Shown here one piece after another: positions 1-10,500 of a DNA stretch of 64,000 nt (its first letter is position 1; each line of letters begins with the position of its first letter). The notes under the pieces were generated by a model. It did no database searches. It was not told the origin of the DNA and saw nothing but the letters and a program-made list of their open reading frames with translations. This DNA comes from Longimicrobiales bacterium. Its GTDB lineage: Bacteria > Gemmatimonadota > Gemmatimonadetes > Longimicrobiales > Gaopeijiaceae. Position numbers and translations under genes: made by a program. Location: the NCBI GenBank assembly GCA_965197725.1, contig CBDANQ010000061.1, positions 64,001 through 128,000 on the forward strand, written 5' to 3'.

Positions 1-633
1 GGGCCGGGCGAAGGCTCGCTCGATCAACTCGGCGAGGCGGGACTCGGGGACTCCGGTCGTATGGACCGTTCGGTGGGACACCGGGAGAGCCTGGTCTCCG
101 AACTCGACCTCGAGGAAATCGCTCAACTCCCCCCCAAAGATCGCGCGCAACTCCCGAGGCACGCCCGGAAGCAGCACGAGCCAGGCCTCTGAAAACCGCA
201 TCGCGAGGCCCGGCGCGGTTCCCCGTGGGTTGTGTAGGACGCGCGCTCCCCTCGGTACTTCGGCCTGTGAGACGTTCGGGACCGGTAGCTCCCCGTATCC
301 ACGAGCCTCGAACCGCTCGCGCAGACGTCGCAGCAAGGCCTGGTCCACTTCAAGTACTGCACCGATCAACTCCGCCACGCTCTGCCGCGTGACATCATCC
401 GACGTCGGGCCCAGCCCCCCGGAGACGAGCACGAGGTCCGCGATATCGGCGGCCTCCCGCACGGCATGTCGGATCTCCTCGGCGACGTCCGCGACGGTAT
501 AGCGGCGGACGATCGTGATTCCACGGGACGCCAGAGCTCGACCCATCCACGCCGAGTTGGTGTCGACCGTTTCGCCGAAGAGCAGCTCGTTGCCGACCGA
601 AACGACGCAGGCGCGGACGCCCGACGCGTTCAC
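1..633 (-). CDS. cinA: Competence/damage-inducible protein CinA, N-terminal molybdopterin-binding-like domain; runs off the window edge
   Basis: Manual translation from GTG at 633 (GGAGG upstream): VVSVGNELLFGETVDTNSAW, SGGLGPTSDDVT, GTAPG, LPGVPRE motifs; follows pgsA. Confidence 0.9.
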   Translation of the reverse strand, partial: MNASGVRACVVSVGNELLFGETVDTNSAWMGRALASRGITIVRRYTVADVAEEIRHAVREAADIADLVLVSGGLGPTSDDVTRQSVAELIGAVLEVDQALLRRLRERFEARGYGELPVPNVSQAEVPRGARVLHNPRGTAPGLAMRFSEAWLVLLPGVPRELRAIFGGELSDFLEVEFGDQALPVSHRTVHTTGVPESRLAELIERAFARP

Positions 634-643
634 GCGGACCTCC

Positions 644-1291
644 TCAGCTTCTGATTCCGACCAGAGACCGGTACGACCACAGGTAGTCCAGCATCGAATA
701 GATCGTCAGGATGAGAGCGAGGGCAAGCGTGACGCCCACCCACCCGGTGTGCAGCGTCTGCCAGTAGCCGTACAGACCCTCGTCGTCCCACCCCCGCGAC
801 TCCGCCAGCATGCGCAGCGGATACCAGAGCAGCAGACCGCCGATGAACAATGCCTGCAGCAGCGCTTTCTGTTTCCCCGACTTGCCGGCTGCGATCACCA
901 CGCCTCGCCCCACTGCGTAGCTACGAAAGATCGTGATGAAGATCTCCCGCCCAAAGATGACCACCAACACCCATACGGGCATAGGGCCCCACCAAGGGAT
1001 CAGATCACCGTCGAAGCCTCGGTGCGAAATGACGAAGAACGGGACGAACGTTACAAAGAGTAAAAGCTTGTCCGCTATGGGATCGAGCAGCTTCCCGATG
1101 TCGGTGATCTGGTCGTATCGGCGCGCCAGGTACCCGTCCCAGATGTCGGAGAGACCCGCCACCACGAAGAGCACGAAGGCGCCGAACCGAACCGTCATCG
1201 TCGGCGACAATGCCATCAAGAAGATCACCGGACACACGGCGATCCGGGCCAACGTAATGACGTTGGGGAGGGTGAGACGGTTCTCGGACAA
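644..1291 (-). CDS. pgsA: CDP-diacylglycerol--glycerol-3-phosphate 3-phosphatidyltransferase
   Basis: LPNVITLARI start; CDP-alcohol phosphatidyltransferase motif DIWDGYLARRYDQITDIGKLLDPIADK. Confidence 0.9.
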   Translation of the reverse strand: MSENRLTLPNVITLARIAVCPVIFLMALSPTMTVRFGAFVLFVVAGLSDIWDGYLARRYDQITDIGKLLDPIADKLLLFVTFVPFFVISHRGFDGDLIPWWGPMPVWVLVVIFGREIFITIFRSYAVGRGVVIAAGKSGKQKALLQALFIGGLLLWYPLRMLAESRGWDDEGLYGYWQTLHTGWVGVTLALALILTIYSMLDYLWSYRSLVGIRS

Positions 1292-1310
1292 GGGGGCCTG
1301 CCCTGCGAGG

Positions 1311-1889
1311 TCAGGCGAGCGCTTTGATGACCAGCTTGCTCACGCACGAAAGGGTCTCAAAGACCCCTTTCCCTTCGATCGCGATACCCTCGAAGTCCGG
1401 CACCCCCATTGGGTTGATCTGGGCCCGGAGCTCTTCGGGTGAGAGCAGGTCCGACATGTCTCGCTTGTTGTATTGGATCGCGAAGGGAATCGTCTCGAGG
1501 TCGTATCCATAGGTCTCGAGGTTCTCGTACAGATTGTGCATGGACTCGATGTTCGCCTCGGCCCGTGCAGCTTGCGAATCGCCCACGAACACAAGCCCGT
1601 CCACACCCTTCAAGATCAGGCGACAGCTGGCGTTGTAGTAGACCTGCCCCGGTACGGTGTAGAGGTGGAAACGAGTCTTGAAGCCGCGAACCTCACCAAG
1701 GTCGATCGGGAGGAAGTCGAAGAAGAGCGTGCGCTCGGTCTCCGTTGCGAGAGAGATCATTTTTCCCTTGGTATCGGGATTCACCCGGGAGTAGATGTAC
1801 TCCAAGTTCGTCGTCTTGCCACCGAGACCGGTGCCGTAGTAGACGATCTTGCAGTTGATCTCGCGCGAGGCGTAGTTGATCATCGACAC
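1311..1889 (-). CDS. mglA: MglA-family small Ras-like GTPase
   Basis: [40 protein letters not shown] motifs. Confidence 0.92.
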   Translation of the reverse strand: MSMINYASREINCKIVYYGTGLGGKTTNLEYIYSRVNPDTKGKMISLATETERTLFFDFLPIDLGEVRGFKTRFHLYTVPGQVYYNASCRLILKGVDGLVFVGDSQAARAEANIESMHNLYENLETYGYDLETIPFAIQYNKRDMSDLLSPEELRAQINPMGVPDFEGIAIEGKGVFETLSCVSKLVIKALA

Positions 1890-2005
1890 GGGTCGACGCT
1901 ACCTCTCTCGCTGCACGGTTGTCGGGTCCGCCGGACGGATGACGCCGGCCGGCTCGAAGGGCCCATAAGCTCGGTAGCGCCGCCCTGCGGGGCAAGATGG
2001 ACACT

Positions 2006-2320
2006 TCACAAGCCCTCAGCCTCTGCTAGCAAGCCTGCGTGAGCCACTTCTTCCTCCATCCGAGATACGATCGATTGCGCGCGCTCACGCAACAGCCTTC
2101 TGGGCTCCCATGCTACGAAGTCCCTTAGCATTCGAATAGTATCGACTGAGGCGGGCGCCTTGCTGACGTGCCCGAGGGCAGCCAATCGCCGCAACGCGCG
2201 GGGGGAGAAGAGATCTCGCTGGTGGCGCGTGATCTGGTCGCGGATGATCAGCGCGGCAAGCGCCCCGGCGGCGGCGGCCGCGAGCACCGTGATCCCCGCC
2301 GTGCGAAGTCGGTTGCTCAA
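2006..2320 (-). CDS. Hypothetical small protein with N-terminal membrane anchor
   Basis: Start overlaps recR stop; hydrophobic N-terminus GITVLAAAAAGALAALII. Confidence 0.7.
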   Translation of the reverse strand: MSNRLRTAGITVLAAAAAGALAALIIRDQITRHQRDLFSPRALRRLAALGHVSKAPASVDTIRMLRDFVAWEPRRLLRERAQSIVSRMEEEVAHAGLLAEAEGL

Positions 2321-2916
2321 ATCGACATCTCCCGCCGTCCGGCAAGCGCCTGAGCGATCGTCGTGCCGTCCACGTATTCCAGGTCACTTCCAACAGGAAT
2401 TCCACGCGCGAGCCTCGTCACACGTGGTCCCAGCGGGCGGATCTCTTGATCCAGATACACCGCCGTTGCCTCTCCTTCCACCGAAGCGTTCGTAGCGATG
2501 ATGATCTCCTGAATCTCTCCATCAGATTGGCGAATACGCTCCAACAAGGGAACCAGATTCAACTCGTCGGGCCCCACGCCGTCCAAGGGAGAAAGGCGCC
2601 CACCGAGAACGTGGAAGAGCCCGCGATATTGCCCAGTGCGCTCGATCGCGCCCACCTCGTACGCCTCCTCCACAACACACAGTACGGTGCCATCCCTGCT
2701 AGGAGTCGAACACACTTCGCAGAGCTCGTGCTCGGAGAAGTTTCCGCACACGTCGCACTGGCGAACCCGGTCCGCGAGGTCAACCAAGGACCGAGCAAGT
2801 CGCCGCGTGTCCTCCTTCGAGCCCTTCATGAGATGATGAACCAGACGGAGCGCAGTCTTGGGCCCGATACCGGGAAGCCTCGCGAGGTCGCCGGTGAGCC
2901 GTTCGATTACCGACAT
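2317..2916 (-). CDS. recR: Recombination mediator RecR
   Basis: LPGIGPKTA HhH, CxxC..CxxC zinc finger, Toprim region, GIPVGSDLEYVD. Confidence 0.97.
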   Translation of the reverse strand: MSVIERLTGDLARLPGIGPKTALRLVHHLMKGSKEDTRRLARSLVDLADRVRQCDVCGNFSEHELCEVCSTPSRDGTVLCVVEEAYEVGAIERTGQYRGLFHVLGGRLSPLDGVGPDELNLVPLLERIRQSDGEIQEIIIATNASVEGEATAVYLDQEIRPLGPRVTRLARGIPVGSDLEYVDGTTIAQALAGRREMSI

Positions 2917-2941
2917 GGACGTGGCCCTCCGGTCGCGGTGG

Positions 2942-3268
2942 TCAGAAGAGCTTCGGCAGGCCTGGGATGTTCATGGGAAGCCCGCCCGTGACCTTCTTCA
3001 TCTCTTGCTCATACTCGCCCTGAGCCTTGACCTGAGCCTCGCTCACCGCAGCCAGGACGAGGTCCTCCAGCATCTCCACGTCGCGAGGGTCGACGCAGGT
3101 CGGATCGATCTGCACCTCCTTCACGGAGCCCTTTCCGTCTACCGTGACGGTCACCATTCCGCCGCCGGAGGACGCGGAGACCCTCCTGGCCTCCAAGGAC
3201 TTCTGAAGTTCCGTCATCTTGGCCTGCATCCGCTGGCCGAGCTGCATGAGCTGCTGAATGTTGTCCAT
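2942..3268 (-). CDS. ybaB: YbaB/EbfC nucleoid-associated protein
   Basis: SGGGMVTVTVDG, DVEMLEDLVLAAV; conserved position between dnaX and recR. Confidence 0.95.
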   Translation of the reverse strand: MDNIQQLMQLGQRMQAKMTELQKSLEARRVSASSGGGMVTVTVDGKGSVKEVQIDPTCVDPRDVEMLEDLVLAAVSEAQVKAQGEYEQEMKKVTGGLPMNIPGLPKLF

Positions 3269-3279
3269 GGCTCCGTACG

Positions 3280-4923
3280 CTAATCCATTAGCTCCAGGTC
3301 GAGTTCTTCTACCGCCTCTCGTAGGCGGAGTTCCTGCCGGAAGAGAGCGCTCAGCGTGTCTCCCCGGACCTCCTCGTCGGTGATCCGCACGGTCTCCGGT
3401 GCAGCCTCCGCGGGCAATCCGAGAACCAGATCAGGGACCCGGCCCAAGTACGGCTCCAGTCCCCGACCGACTTCCGCCAGAACGGCGGAGGTGCGAAGCC
3501 TCTCCGTCGCCGGACCTGGCAGCGGCGTAACCTCGATGCGTCCGTCCGACAGCTCGCGCACGGTGGAGGAGCGCAGAAGAGCACTGAGTCCACGCGGCAC
3601 GGTCTGCGCGGCGTCAAGCCAGCTCAGCCACGCCTCCTCGACTTGAGATACTGCCTCCTCAGTCGTGGCTAAGTCCAACGTGTTATGTGTGTTGATATCG
3701 TTTATATCATGTTTGGCATCATGCGAATGAGAGGTGCCCGAACCGCCGCCATGTCCCGCCCCACCGGTGGGCGGCGGCGCCCCGCCGAGAGCCGAGATCA
3801 GCTCCTCCAGGGCGATCGTGCGGTCCAAATAACTGAGCCGAAGCAGAAGCATTTCGATGAGAACGCGCGGATTCGGACTGCGCCTTAGGCTACCCTGGCT
3901 TTCAAGGTCGGCCGCGGCCGCGAGCATGCGGGCCAGATCGGCGGCCTCGAACGAGCCCACACGCGAAGCAAAGTCGGCCCGGAGTTCCTCCGGGAGATCG
4001 AGAGGCGTCTGCGGGGCGAGACGTAGCCGCAGCAGTGTGCGCAAGACGTCCATGAGGCCGTAGTAGAACTCGACCAGGTCGTACCCTTCATCGGCGAGGC
4101 GCTCGACCAGCGTGAAGACCTCCGCATGGCGGCCCCCCGCGAGGATGTCCAACAGCTCCAGGTATCGCTCTTCCTCAACGAGGCCCAGCACACGCCGGAC
4201 GGCGTCGGCCTCGACATCGCCTCCGGTCAAGGAGATGACCTGGTCCAGCATCGAGAGGGCGTCCCGCATACCCCCGTTGGCTTTGCGAGCGATCATGCGA
4301 AGCGCGTCTTCGGGCGCGTTCGCATCCTCCTGGGCAAGCACGGCACTCAGCCGCGAAACGATGTCCGATACGCCAATGCGCCGGAAGTCGAATCGTTGGC
4401 AACGCGAAAGGATCGCCGCCGCTGACTGTTCGATCTTCTGAGGCTCTGTGGTCGCGAAGACGAAGATCACCCGCGGCGGCGGTTCCTCGAGGATCTTCAG
4501 TAAGGCGTTCCACGCCTCACGCGTGAGCATGTGCGCCTCGTCGACGATGTATACCTTGTATCCGGCCCCGGAGGGTGCGTACATCGCCCGCTCACGAAGG
4601 TCCCTCGCGTCGTCGACACCCCGGTTAGAGGCCGCGTCGATCTCGACGACATCCAAGGCGGTGTGGCCACCCCAAATTCGCGTACAGCTCTCGCACACCC
4701 CGCACGGCTCGCCCTCCGCGCTACGGTCGGGACAGTTCAGCGCCATCGCGAGTACGCGCGCCAGTGTCGTCTTTCCGACACCGCGCGGCCCGCAGAAGAG
4801 GTACGCATGCCCCACTCGCCCGCCGGAGACCGCGTTACGGAGCGTGTCGGAGACGTGCTCCTGCGTCGCCACATCCGCGAACGATCGGGGTCGATACTTG
4901 CGGGCTAAAGCAATGTGGGCCAA
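3280..4923 (-). CDS. dnaX: DNA polymerase III subunit gamma/tau
   Basis: LARKYRP, GPRGVGKTT, DAASNRGVD, DEAHML, SRC motifs. Confidence 0.97.
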   Translation of the reverse strand: MAHIALARKYRPRSFADVATQEHVSDTLRNAVSGGRVGHAYLFCGPRGVGKTTLARVLAMALNCPDRSAEGEPCGVCESCTRIWGGHTALDVVEIDAASNRGVDDARDLRERAMYAPSGAGYKVYIVDEAHMLTREAWNALLKILEEPPPRVIFVFATTEPQKIEQSAAAILSRCQRFDFRRIGVSDIVSRLSAVLAQEDANAPEDALRMIARKANGGMRDALSMLDQVISLTGGDVEADAVRRVLGLVEEERYLELLDILAGGRHAEVFTLVERLADEGYDLVEFYYGLMDVLRTLLRLRLAPQTPLDLPEELRADFASRVGSFEAADLARMLAAAADLESQGSLRRSPNPRVLIEMLLLRLSYLDRTIALEELISALGGAPPPTGGAGHGGGSGTSHSHDAKHDINDINTHNTLDLATTEEAVSQVEEAWLSWLDAAQTVPRGLSALLRSSTVRELSDGRIEVTPLPGPATERLRTSAVLAEVGRGLEPYLGRVPDLVLGLPAEAAPETVRITDEEVRGDTLSALFRQELRLREAVEELDLELMD

Positions 4924-4996
4924 TACGTTATCGCGTTACGAGTGCCGCCGCTGAATCCTCTTCCGAGGCGAGTCGTCGACACCGCCGGAGGGAAGG

Positions 4997-5102
4997 AAAA
5001 TGCCCCAGGCGACCCGCAGCGACGATCACCGCACTTACCGCTGCTACCTGCGGGGTCCTGACGGGATTCGTGAGCTTTCGCCCTGCGGACCTGGGGCACC
5101 CC
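4997..5102 (-). ncRNA. ffs: Signal recognition particle RNA (small, 4.5S type)
   Basis: Long hairpin GGGGTGCCCCAGG...CCTGGGGCATTTT with helix-8 core TCAGG-ACC-loop-GGT-AGCAG; canonical position upstream of dnaX. Confidence 0.88.
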
Positions 5103-5177
5103 TGAAGCTATTTCTGGGGGCGTGGGCGGTCAACGAGGCCCGCTACCGAACCGAGGCCCACCATGCGGCATCCTCCC

Positions 5178-5567
5178 TCACGGCCAGCCAGGCCTCCAGG
5201 CGTCTTCAAGGTGCTCCAAGCGCGTGACACAGCCGTGCAAAGCGACCTCGATGGCGATGACGTCGAAGCGGACCGGACCGTCAACACGTGCGCTCCGAAC
5301 CAGATACTCCGCGGCGACGGCTTCGATCTCGCGGCGCTTCTTCCAGGTCACTGCCTCTTCAGGATGACCGCATCCGCCCCCTGCCCGGGTTTTCACTTCG
5401 ACGAACGCGAGCAGCCGGCCCTTGCGCACGATCAGGTCGACCTCGCGGCGGCCGAAGCGATAATTTCGGGCCATGACGGTCCAGCCCGCGGAGCGCAGGT
5501 AGCGGATGGCGATCCGCTCGCCACGACGGCCCAACACGTGCGGCGGGTGGTCCCGGTGAGTGCCCAT
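5178..5567 (-). CDS. yraN: YraN family (UPF0102) endonuclease-like protein
   Basis: LGRRGE, RNYR..EVDLI, FVEVKTR, RFDVI motifs. Confidence 0.92.
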   Translation of the reverse strand: MGTHRDHPPHVLGRRGERIAIRYLRSAGWTVMARNYRFGRREVDLIVRKGRLLAFVEVKTRAGGGCGHPEEAVTWKKRREIEAVAAEYLVRSARVDGPVRFDVIAIEVALHGCVTRLEHLEDAWRPGWP

Positions 5568-5620
5568 CCAGAAACGATCGCGACCGGACTGGGACCGAGG
5601 GATGAGCGCATGGGACAGCG

Positions 5621-6649
5621 CTAGAGCGGGGCAGTCACGTGCCGTCCGATCGCTTTCGCGATAACCTTGATCTGCTCCATGAGGCTCGCGAACTGATCCG
5701 GATAGAGAGACTGCGCCCCGTCTGACATCGCGCTCGGCGGATCACCGTGCACCTCGACGATCAGCCCGTCCGCACCGGCGGCCACCGCTGCGCACCCCAT
5801 GGGGATGACCATCGTTCGGATGCCCGTGCCGTGGCTCGGGTCCGCGATCATCGGAAGATGAGAGAGCGACTGGACGACAGGGATGGCCGCAAGATCCAAC
5901 ACGTTCCTGGTATGCGTGTCGAAGCCGCGTACGCCACGCTCGCACAAGATCACGTTGGGGTTTCCCTCGGCGAGAACGTACTCCGCCGCGAGCAGAAACT
6001 CCTCGATCGTAGCGGACATGCCACGCTTGAGCAGCACGGGCTTACCAGAGCGCCCGGCGCGGCGCAGCAGCGGATAGTTCTGCATGTTCCGTGCGCCTAT
6101 CTGCACGATATCGGCGTACTGTGCCACGAGGTCCACGCCTTCGGGGTCCAGAGCCTCCGTCACGACGGCCAGTCCTGTCTCTTCACAGGCCTTGGCGAGC
6201 AGATCGAGTCCCTCCAGCCCGAGGCCCTGGAAAGAATACGGTGAGGTTCGGGGCTTGAACGCGCCGCCCCGGAGCACGGTCGCGCCCATCTCCTTGAGCT
6301 GGTGCGCGATGTCGAGGATCTGCGCCTCGCCCTCCACCGCACATGGCCCGGCGATCACCGCGATGTCCGACCCTCCGAACGACGTGCCGTTCGCGAGTGA
6401 GACGACCGTGTCCTCCTCCTGCCACTCTCTCGAGACCTGCTTGTACGGGTGCGTGACGGGAATGACCTCGAGTACCCCCCCGAGACCCTGCAACCGGCCC
6501 GCATCCACCCCGCCGTCATTGCCGATGATACCCACGGCGGTCCGCTGTCCACCCGGAATTGGCCGAGCATCGTAGCCCATGTCCTTGATGACTCCGACGA
6601 CCGCATCGATCTGGTCGTTCGAAGCCGCGTTCTTCATGACAACGAGCAT
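5621..6649 (-). CDS. aroF: 3-deoxy-7-phosphoheptulonate (DAHP) synthase, class I-beta with N-terminal regulatory domain
   Basis: [40 protein letters not shown]. Confidence 0.95.
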   Translation of the reverse strand: MLVVMKNAASNDQIDAVVGVIKDMGYDARPIPGGQRTAVGIIGNDGGVDAGRLQGLGGVLEVIPVTHPYKQVSREWQEEDTVVSLANGTSFGGSDIAVIAGPCAVEGEAQILDIAHQLKEMGATVLRGGAFKPRTSPYSFQGLGLEGLDLLAKACEETGLAVVTEALDPEGVDLVAQYADIVQIGARNMQNYPLLRRAGRSGKPVLLKRGMSATIEEFLLAAEYVLAEGNPNVILCERGVRGFDTHTRNVLDLAAIPVVQSLSHLPMIADPSHGTGIRTMVIPMGCAAVAAGADGLIVEVHGDPPSAMSDGAQSLYPDQFASLMEQIKVIAKAIGRHVTAPL

Positions 6650-6719
6650 CAGGAGCTCGGTTGGGGAAGGAGGAACCGGGGAAGGAACAACCTAAGTCTA
6701 CACGTGTGTCGTGGAGTGC

Positions 6720-7529
6720 TCAACGACCGTCGACGGCAGCCTCGACGACGGGGCCGTCTTGGTCGAACCGCACGGTCAATCCGTCCTCGCCCGGTACGAT
6801 GCGCCCGCCGAACCCGTGTTGGCCGACCAGCAGCGCTGCGTCGGCTGGGCGAGTGGGCGGGTACACGTGCGTGACGATGAGCAGTTCGGGGTCGGCGAGC
6901 GTCGCGAGGCGGGCCAAACCCGATGGAGCGAGGTGGAACTCCATTTCGGGAGGGTCCCTCAGCGCGCATTCTCCGATGAGGACGCTGCATCCCGCCAAGA
7001 ACTCGCCGACCACGTCCGAGGGCCCGGTATCGCCGGTGTAGCTCACGACACCGCTCGGGGTCTCGACACGGTACGCCACGGACTCGTCGGTGTGGGGCGT
7101 GGGGTGAGCGCGGATGCGGAGCCCTGATCTCTGCTGCTCGAACACATCGTCGGGTCCGAGCTCGCACACCCGAAGCGGAAAGCCGGGGTCCAGGATATGG
7201 TCCCCCAGCGCTGAGGCGAGGCGGCTCAGGAAGCCGCGGAAGCCCGGTGGACCGATCAAGGTGAGCGGTGCTTCCCTAGCTCCTGCCAGGCCGTGCCGGA
7301 GCGCGAACAGGACCCCAGAGAGGTCCCCCACGTGGTCGTTGTGATAGTGGCTTATCACGACATGGCTCAGACCCGCCCAGTCGACGGCGTGTCGGGCCAG
7401 GCCATGCAGGGTCCCCGATCCACAATCGAGCAACAAGCGAAACCCGTCTCCGTCAATCAGGTGCGCGGCGGAGCTTCGAGATGCAGCCGGAAGCAACGTT
7501 CCGGCTCCCAGTATCGTTACGGAGGTCAC
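6720..7529 (-). CDS. Metallo-beta-lactamase fold hydrolase (RNase Z-like)
   Basis: LLLDCGSG, SHYHNDH, YTGDTG, VTHVY motifs. Confidence 0.85.
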   Translation of the reverse strand: MTSVTILGAGTLLPAASRSSAAHLIDGDGFRLLLDCGSGTLHGLARHAVDWAGLSHVVISHYHNDHVGDLSGVLFALRHGLAGAREAPLTLIGPPGFRGFLSRLASALGDHILDPGFPLRVCELGPDDVFEQQRSGLRIRAHPTPHTDESVAYRVETPSGVVSYTGDTGPSDVVGEFLAGCSVLIGECALRDPPEMEFHLAPSGLARLATLADPELLIVTHVYPPTRPADAALLVGQHGFGGRIVPGEDGLTVRFDQDGPVVEAAVDGR

Positions 7530-7542
7530 GGCGGGGGTCGGA

Positions 7543-10500
7543 TCAGGCTGCTCCTGCCGCCTCGAGGGCCTCTTCGAGCTTCACCCCGACGATCGTACTG
7601 ACTCCAGCTTCTTCCATCGTCACCCCGTAGATCCAGTCGGCTGCCTCGATCGTGCGAGGGTTGTGGGTGACGACCACGAACTGGCTCTCCGCCTTGAAGT
7701 CCTGGAGGAGCTTGATGAAGCGCCCGATGTTGTTCTCGTCGAGCGGCGCATCGACCTCGTCGAGCACGCAGAACGGGCTCGGCTTCACGAGATAGATGCC
7801 GAAGAGAAGCGAAAGCGCCGTGAGCGCACGCTCCCCGCCAGAGAGCAAGTCGATGCGCTGCGTCCTTTTGCCGCGGGGAGACGCGTGAATCTCGATGGGA
7901 GACTCGAGAGGATCGTCTTCGTCCTGAAACCAGATGTCCGCCTCACCACCCTCGAAGAGCCTCATGAACGTCTTCCTGAAGTTCTCCCGAATGTCCTCGA
8001 AAGTCCCCAGGAAGAGTTCCGTGGCCGTTTTGTTGATCTCCCGGATGGCGGATCGCAGGTCGTTGCGGGCCTTCACGAGATCTTGTCGCTGCTCGGTCAG
8101 GAACTCGAGACGCTGGCTCTCCTCCTCGTGCTCTTCGACCGCAAGCATGTTGACGGGGCCGATCTTATCGAGCGCTAGGACCAGCTCACGAAGCTCGTCC
8201 TGCAGCGCCTCCTGCTCCCCTTCGACCGGTGCAGCCTCCTGCAACAGCGTCTCGAGCGGACGGCCCCACTCGCCTTCCAGACGTTCGCGGATGCGCTCGA
8301 TGCGTCCGCCCAGCTCCTGGCGCTCCAACTCCAGCTGGTGCCGTCGGTCGGACGCCGCCCGCTCGGCGGTCCGAGCTTCACGAACTCGCTTTTCGGCAAC
8401 GGCCAAAGCATCGGCAACCTCCTGGAGCGTCTGACCCTTCTCTCGGACCCTCTCTTCGGACGTGGTTCGCTCACCGAAAAGTCGCTCCGTCGCCTCATCG
8501 CCCTCGGCTCGAATCCGCCGCGCCTCCGCGCCCTCCTCTCGCAGGCTGCTCTCCTCGACATCGAGCGCCATCACGCGTTCGTTGGCTTGCATGCGTGCCC
8601 CCACGATCGTGTCCACACGCTCACTGAGGCGCATCACGTCACCTTCGAGGCGTGCGACGACTACCGCGAGTCGTGCCTCCTCAGATCGCGCGATCTCGTA
8701 CTCTTCCTGAACGACCGCGACCACTTCACGGGCCTCAGCCCTTTCGCTGTTCAGACCTTGTTCCTGCCGGAAGAGGATCTCGCGGTCGTCTCGCGCCTCA
8801 CGAGCCCGCTCCAAGGCGCGCGCCTGAGCAACCTTCGTGCCCTCCGCCTGTCGGGAAAGCTCGTCACGCAGATGGTCCATCCGGCCCTGCTGATCGGACC
8901 TGGCATCGACCTCGGAATGGACCTTTCGTAGCTCGTCCTCGGCCGCATAAAGCGACGCACGGCTCTGCTCGAGCCCACGTTCGGCTCCCGCGAGCTCCTC
9001 CTGGGCGGTCTCCCGTTGCGTCCGCCGGGCTACCTCCAAAGAAGTAGCCTCCTCGAGCTCGGCGGAGCATTCCCGCAGCTGCTTCTTCCGTTCGAGCATG
9101 CCCGAGGCGCCCCCGGGGTTCGCTACACGAACGATGCCCCGCGCCTCCGTGACCGCGACACCGTCCACCGTCGACGCTTCGGCTCCATCCAGGAGCGCGC
9201 GTACCCACGGCTGTCCGTCGCCGTGTGCCCGAACTTCGCCGAAAGGTCCACCGCAATCTCCGGACGTCGAAGGGACGCTATCGAGTGGCAACAACACGAG
9301 CCCACCACCGCCGGCCCAGCTCTCGGCGAACCACGACGCTATTCGTTCGACGGCCCCGCGGTCGCGTAGCACCAGTGCGCGGGTCAGGGATCCGAGGTGC
9401 GACTCGAGGGCCGCCGTCGCCTCGGCGTCCGCTTCAATGAAGTCGGCCAGGGTGCCCAGGATGCCGGTGTCCCCGAGCGCGAGCGCGGCCTTTGCGACCG
9501 GGTCCAGCCCCTCCTGGTCCCGCTCCAGCCTCTCGATCGCGTCCTTCCGGGCCTCGCCACCCGCCACGCGGGCGACGGCTTCCCGCTCGGTGACGAGCGT
9601 GGCGTCCAGTTCTTCACGCGCCGTGATCGACGCGGAAAGGCACGCGTCTACTTCTTCCTGAGCCGCTCGCAGGCCGCCTGACAGCTCGTCCAGACGGTCA
9701 GAGAAGAGGTCCCCCTGGGATTCGATCTCGGACAGGGCGTCCGCCGCTGACTCGAGTTCGGCGTCCACTCGGACGAGCCGGTGCCCGAGCTCGTCCGCCT
9801 GAGCATCGGACGCCTCGGCATCTCCCTCGAGCTGGGCGCCCCGACGTGCGAGATCGCGTTCGCGGGTCTCAACCTCGTCCAGACTCTCGCGTGCCCCCTG
9901 CAGTCGCTCCCGCACTTCCTGGGCTGCGGTCGCCCGCGCTGCCGCCACACCCCGCAGCTCCTCCAGCTCCGCCACTACACGGTCACGGTCCGAGCCGAGA
10001 ACTCGCTCGTCCCGCTCCAGCGTCTCAGCCTGTTGCAGCGCCTGGCCCCGCTCCTCGTCTATCTGCGCCAGGCGACGTTCGGCGTACGCGGCTCGCTCGT
10101 CCGCTACCGCGAGGTCGCGCTCCCACCGCACCAGCTCCTTGCGAACCTCCTCGAGCGCCTTCCCAACTTCCGCGCGTTCCTTTTCCGCTCCGACTTCCTT
10201 CAGTCGCAGCGACTCGTACTGAGCCTCGGCAGCGCCTAGCTCCGCGACCTTCCCTGCCCCGGTCTGGATGTCGCCCGCGAGCTTCTTCTCGACGCCGCTG
10301 AGCCGGAGACGGAGGGTCTCCAGCTGGTGGCGCACAACCGCGACCTCGACATCGAGGCGGCGCTGGCGGTACTCGATACACCGCTGAGCCTTCCCCTTCT
10401 GGCGCGCAAGCGAGCGGACCTTGCTATGCACTTCGGAGATCACGGCCTCGAGACGCTGCAGATCCATCTCCGCGCGCTCGAGTCTGCGGGTCGCTGCCTT

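Noticed and set aside
3280..4923. Programmed frameshift producing DnaX gamma
   Set aside because: No A-AAA-AAG or poly-A slippery site seen
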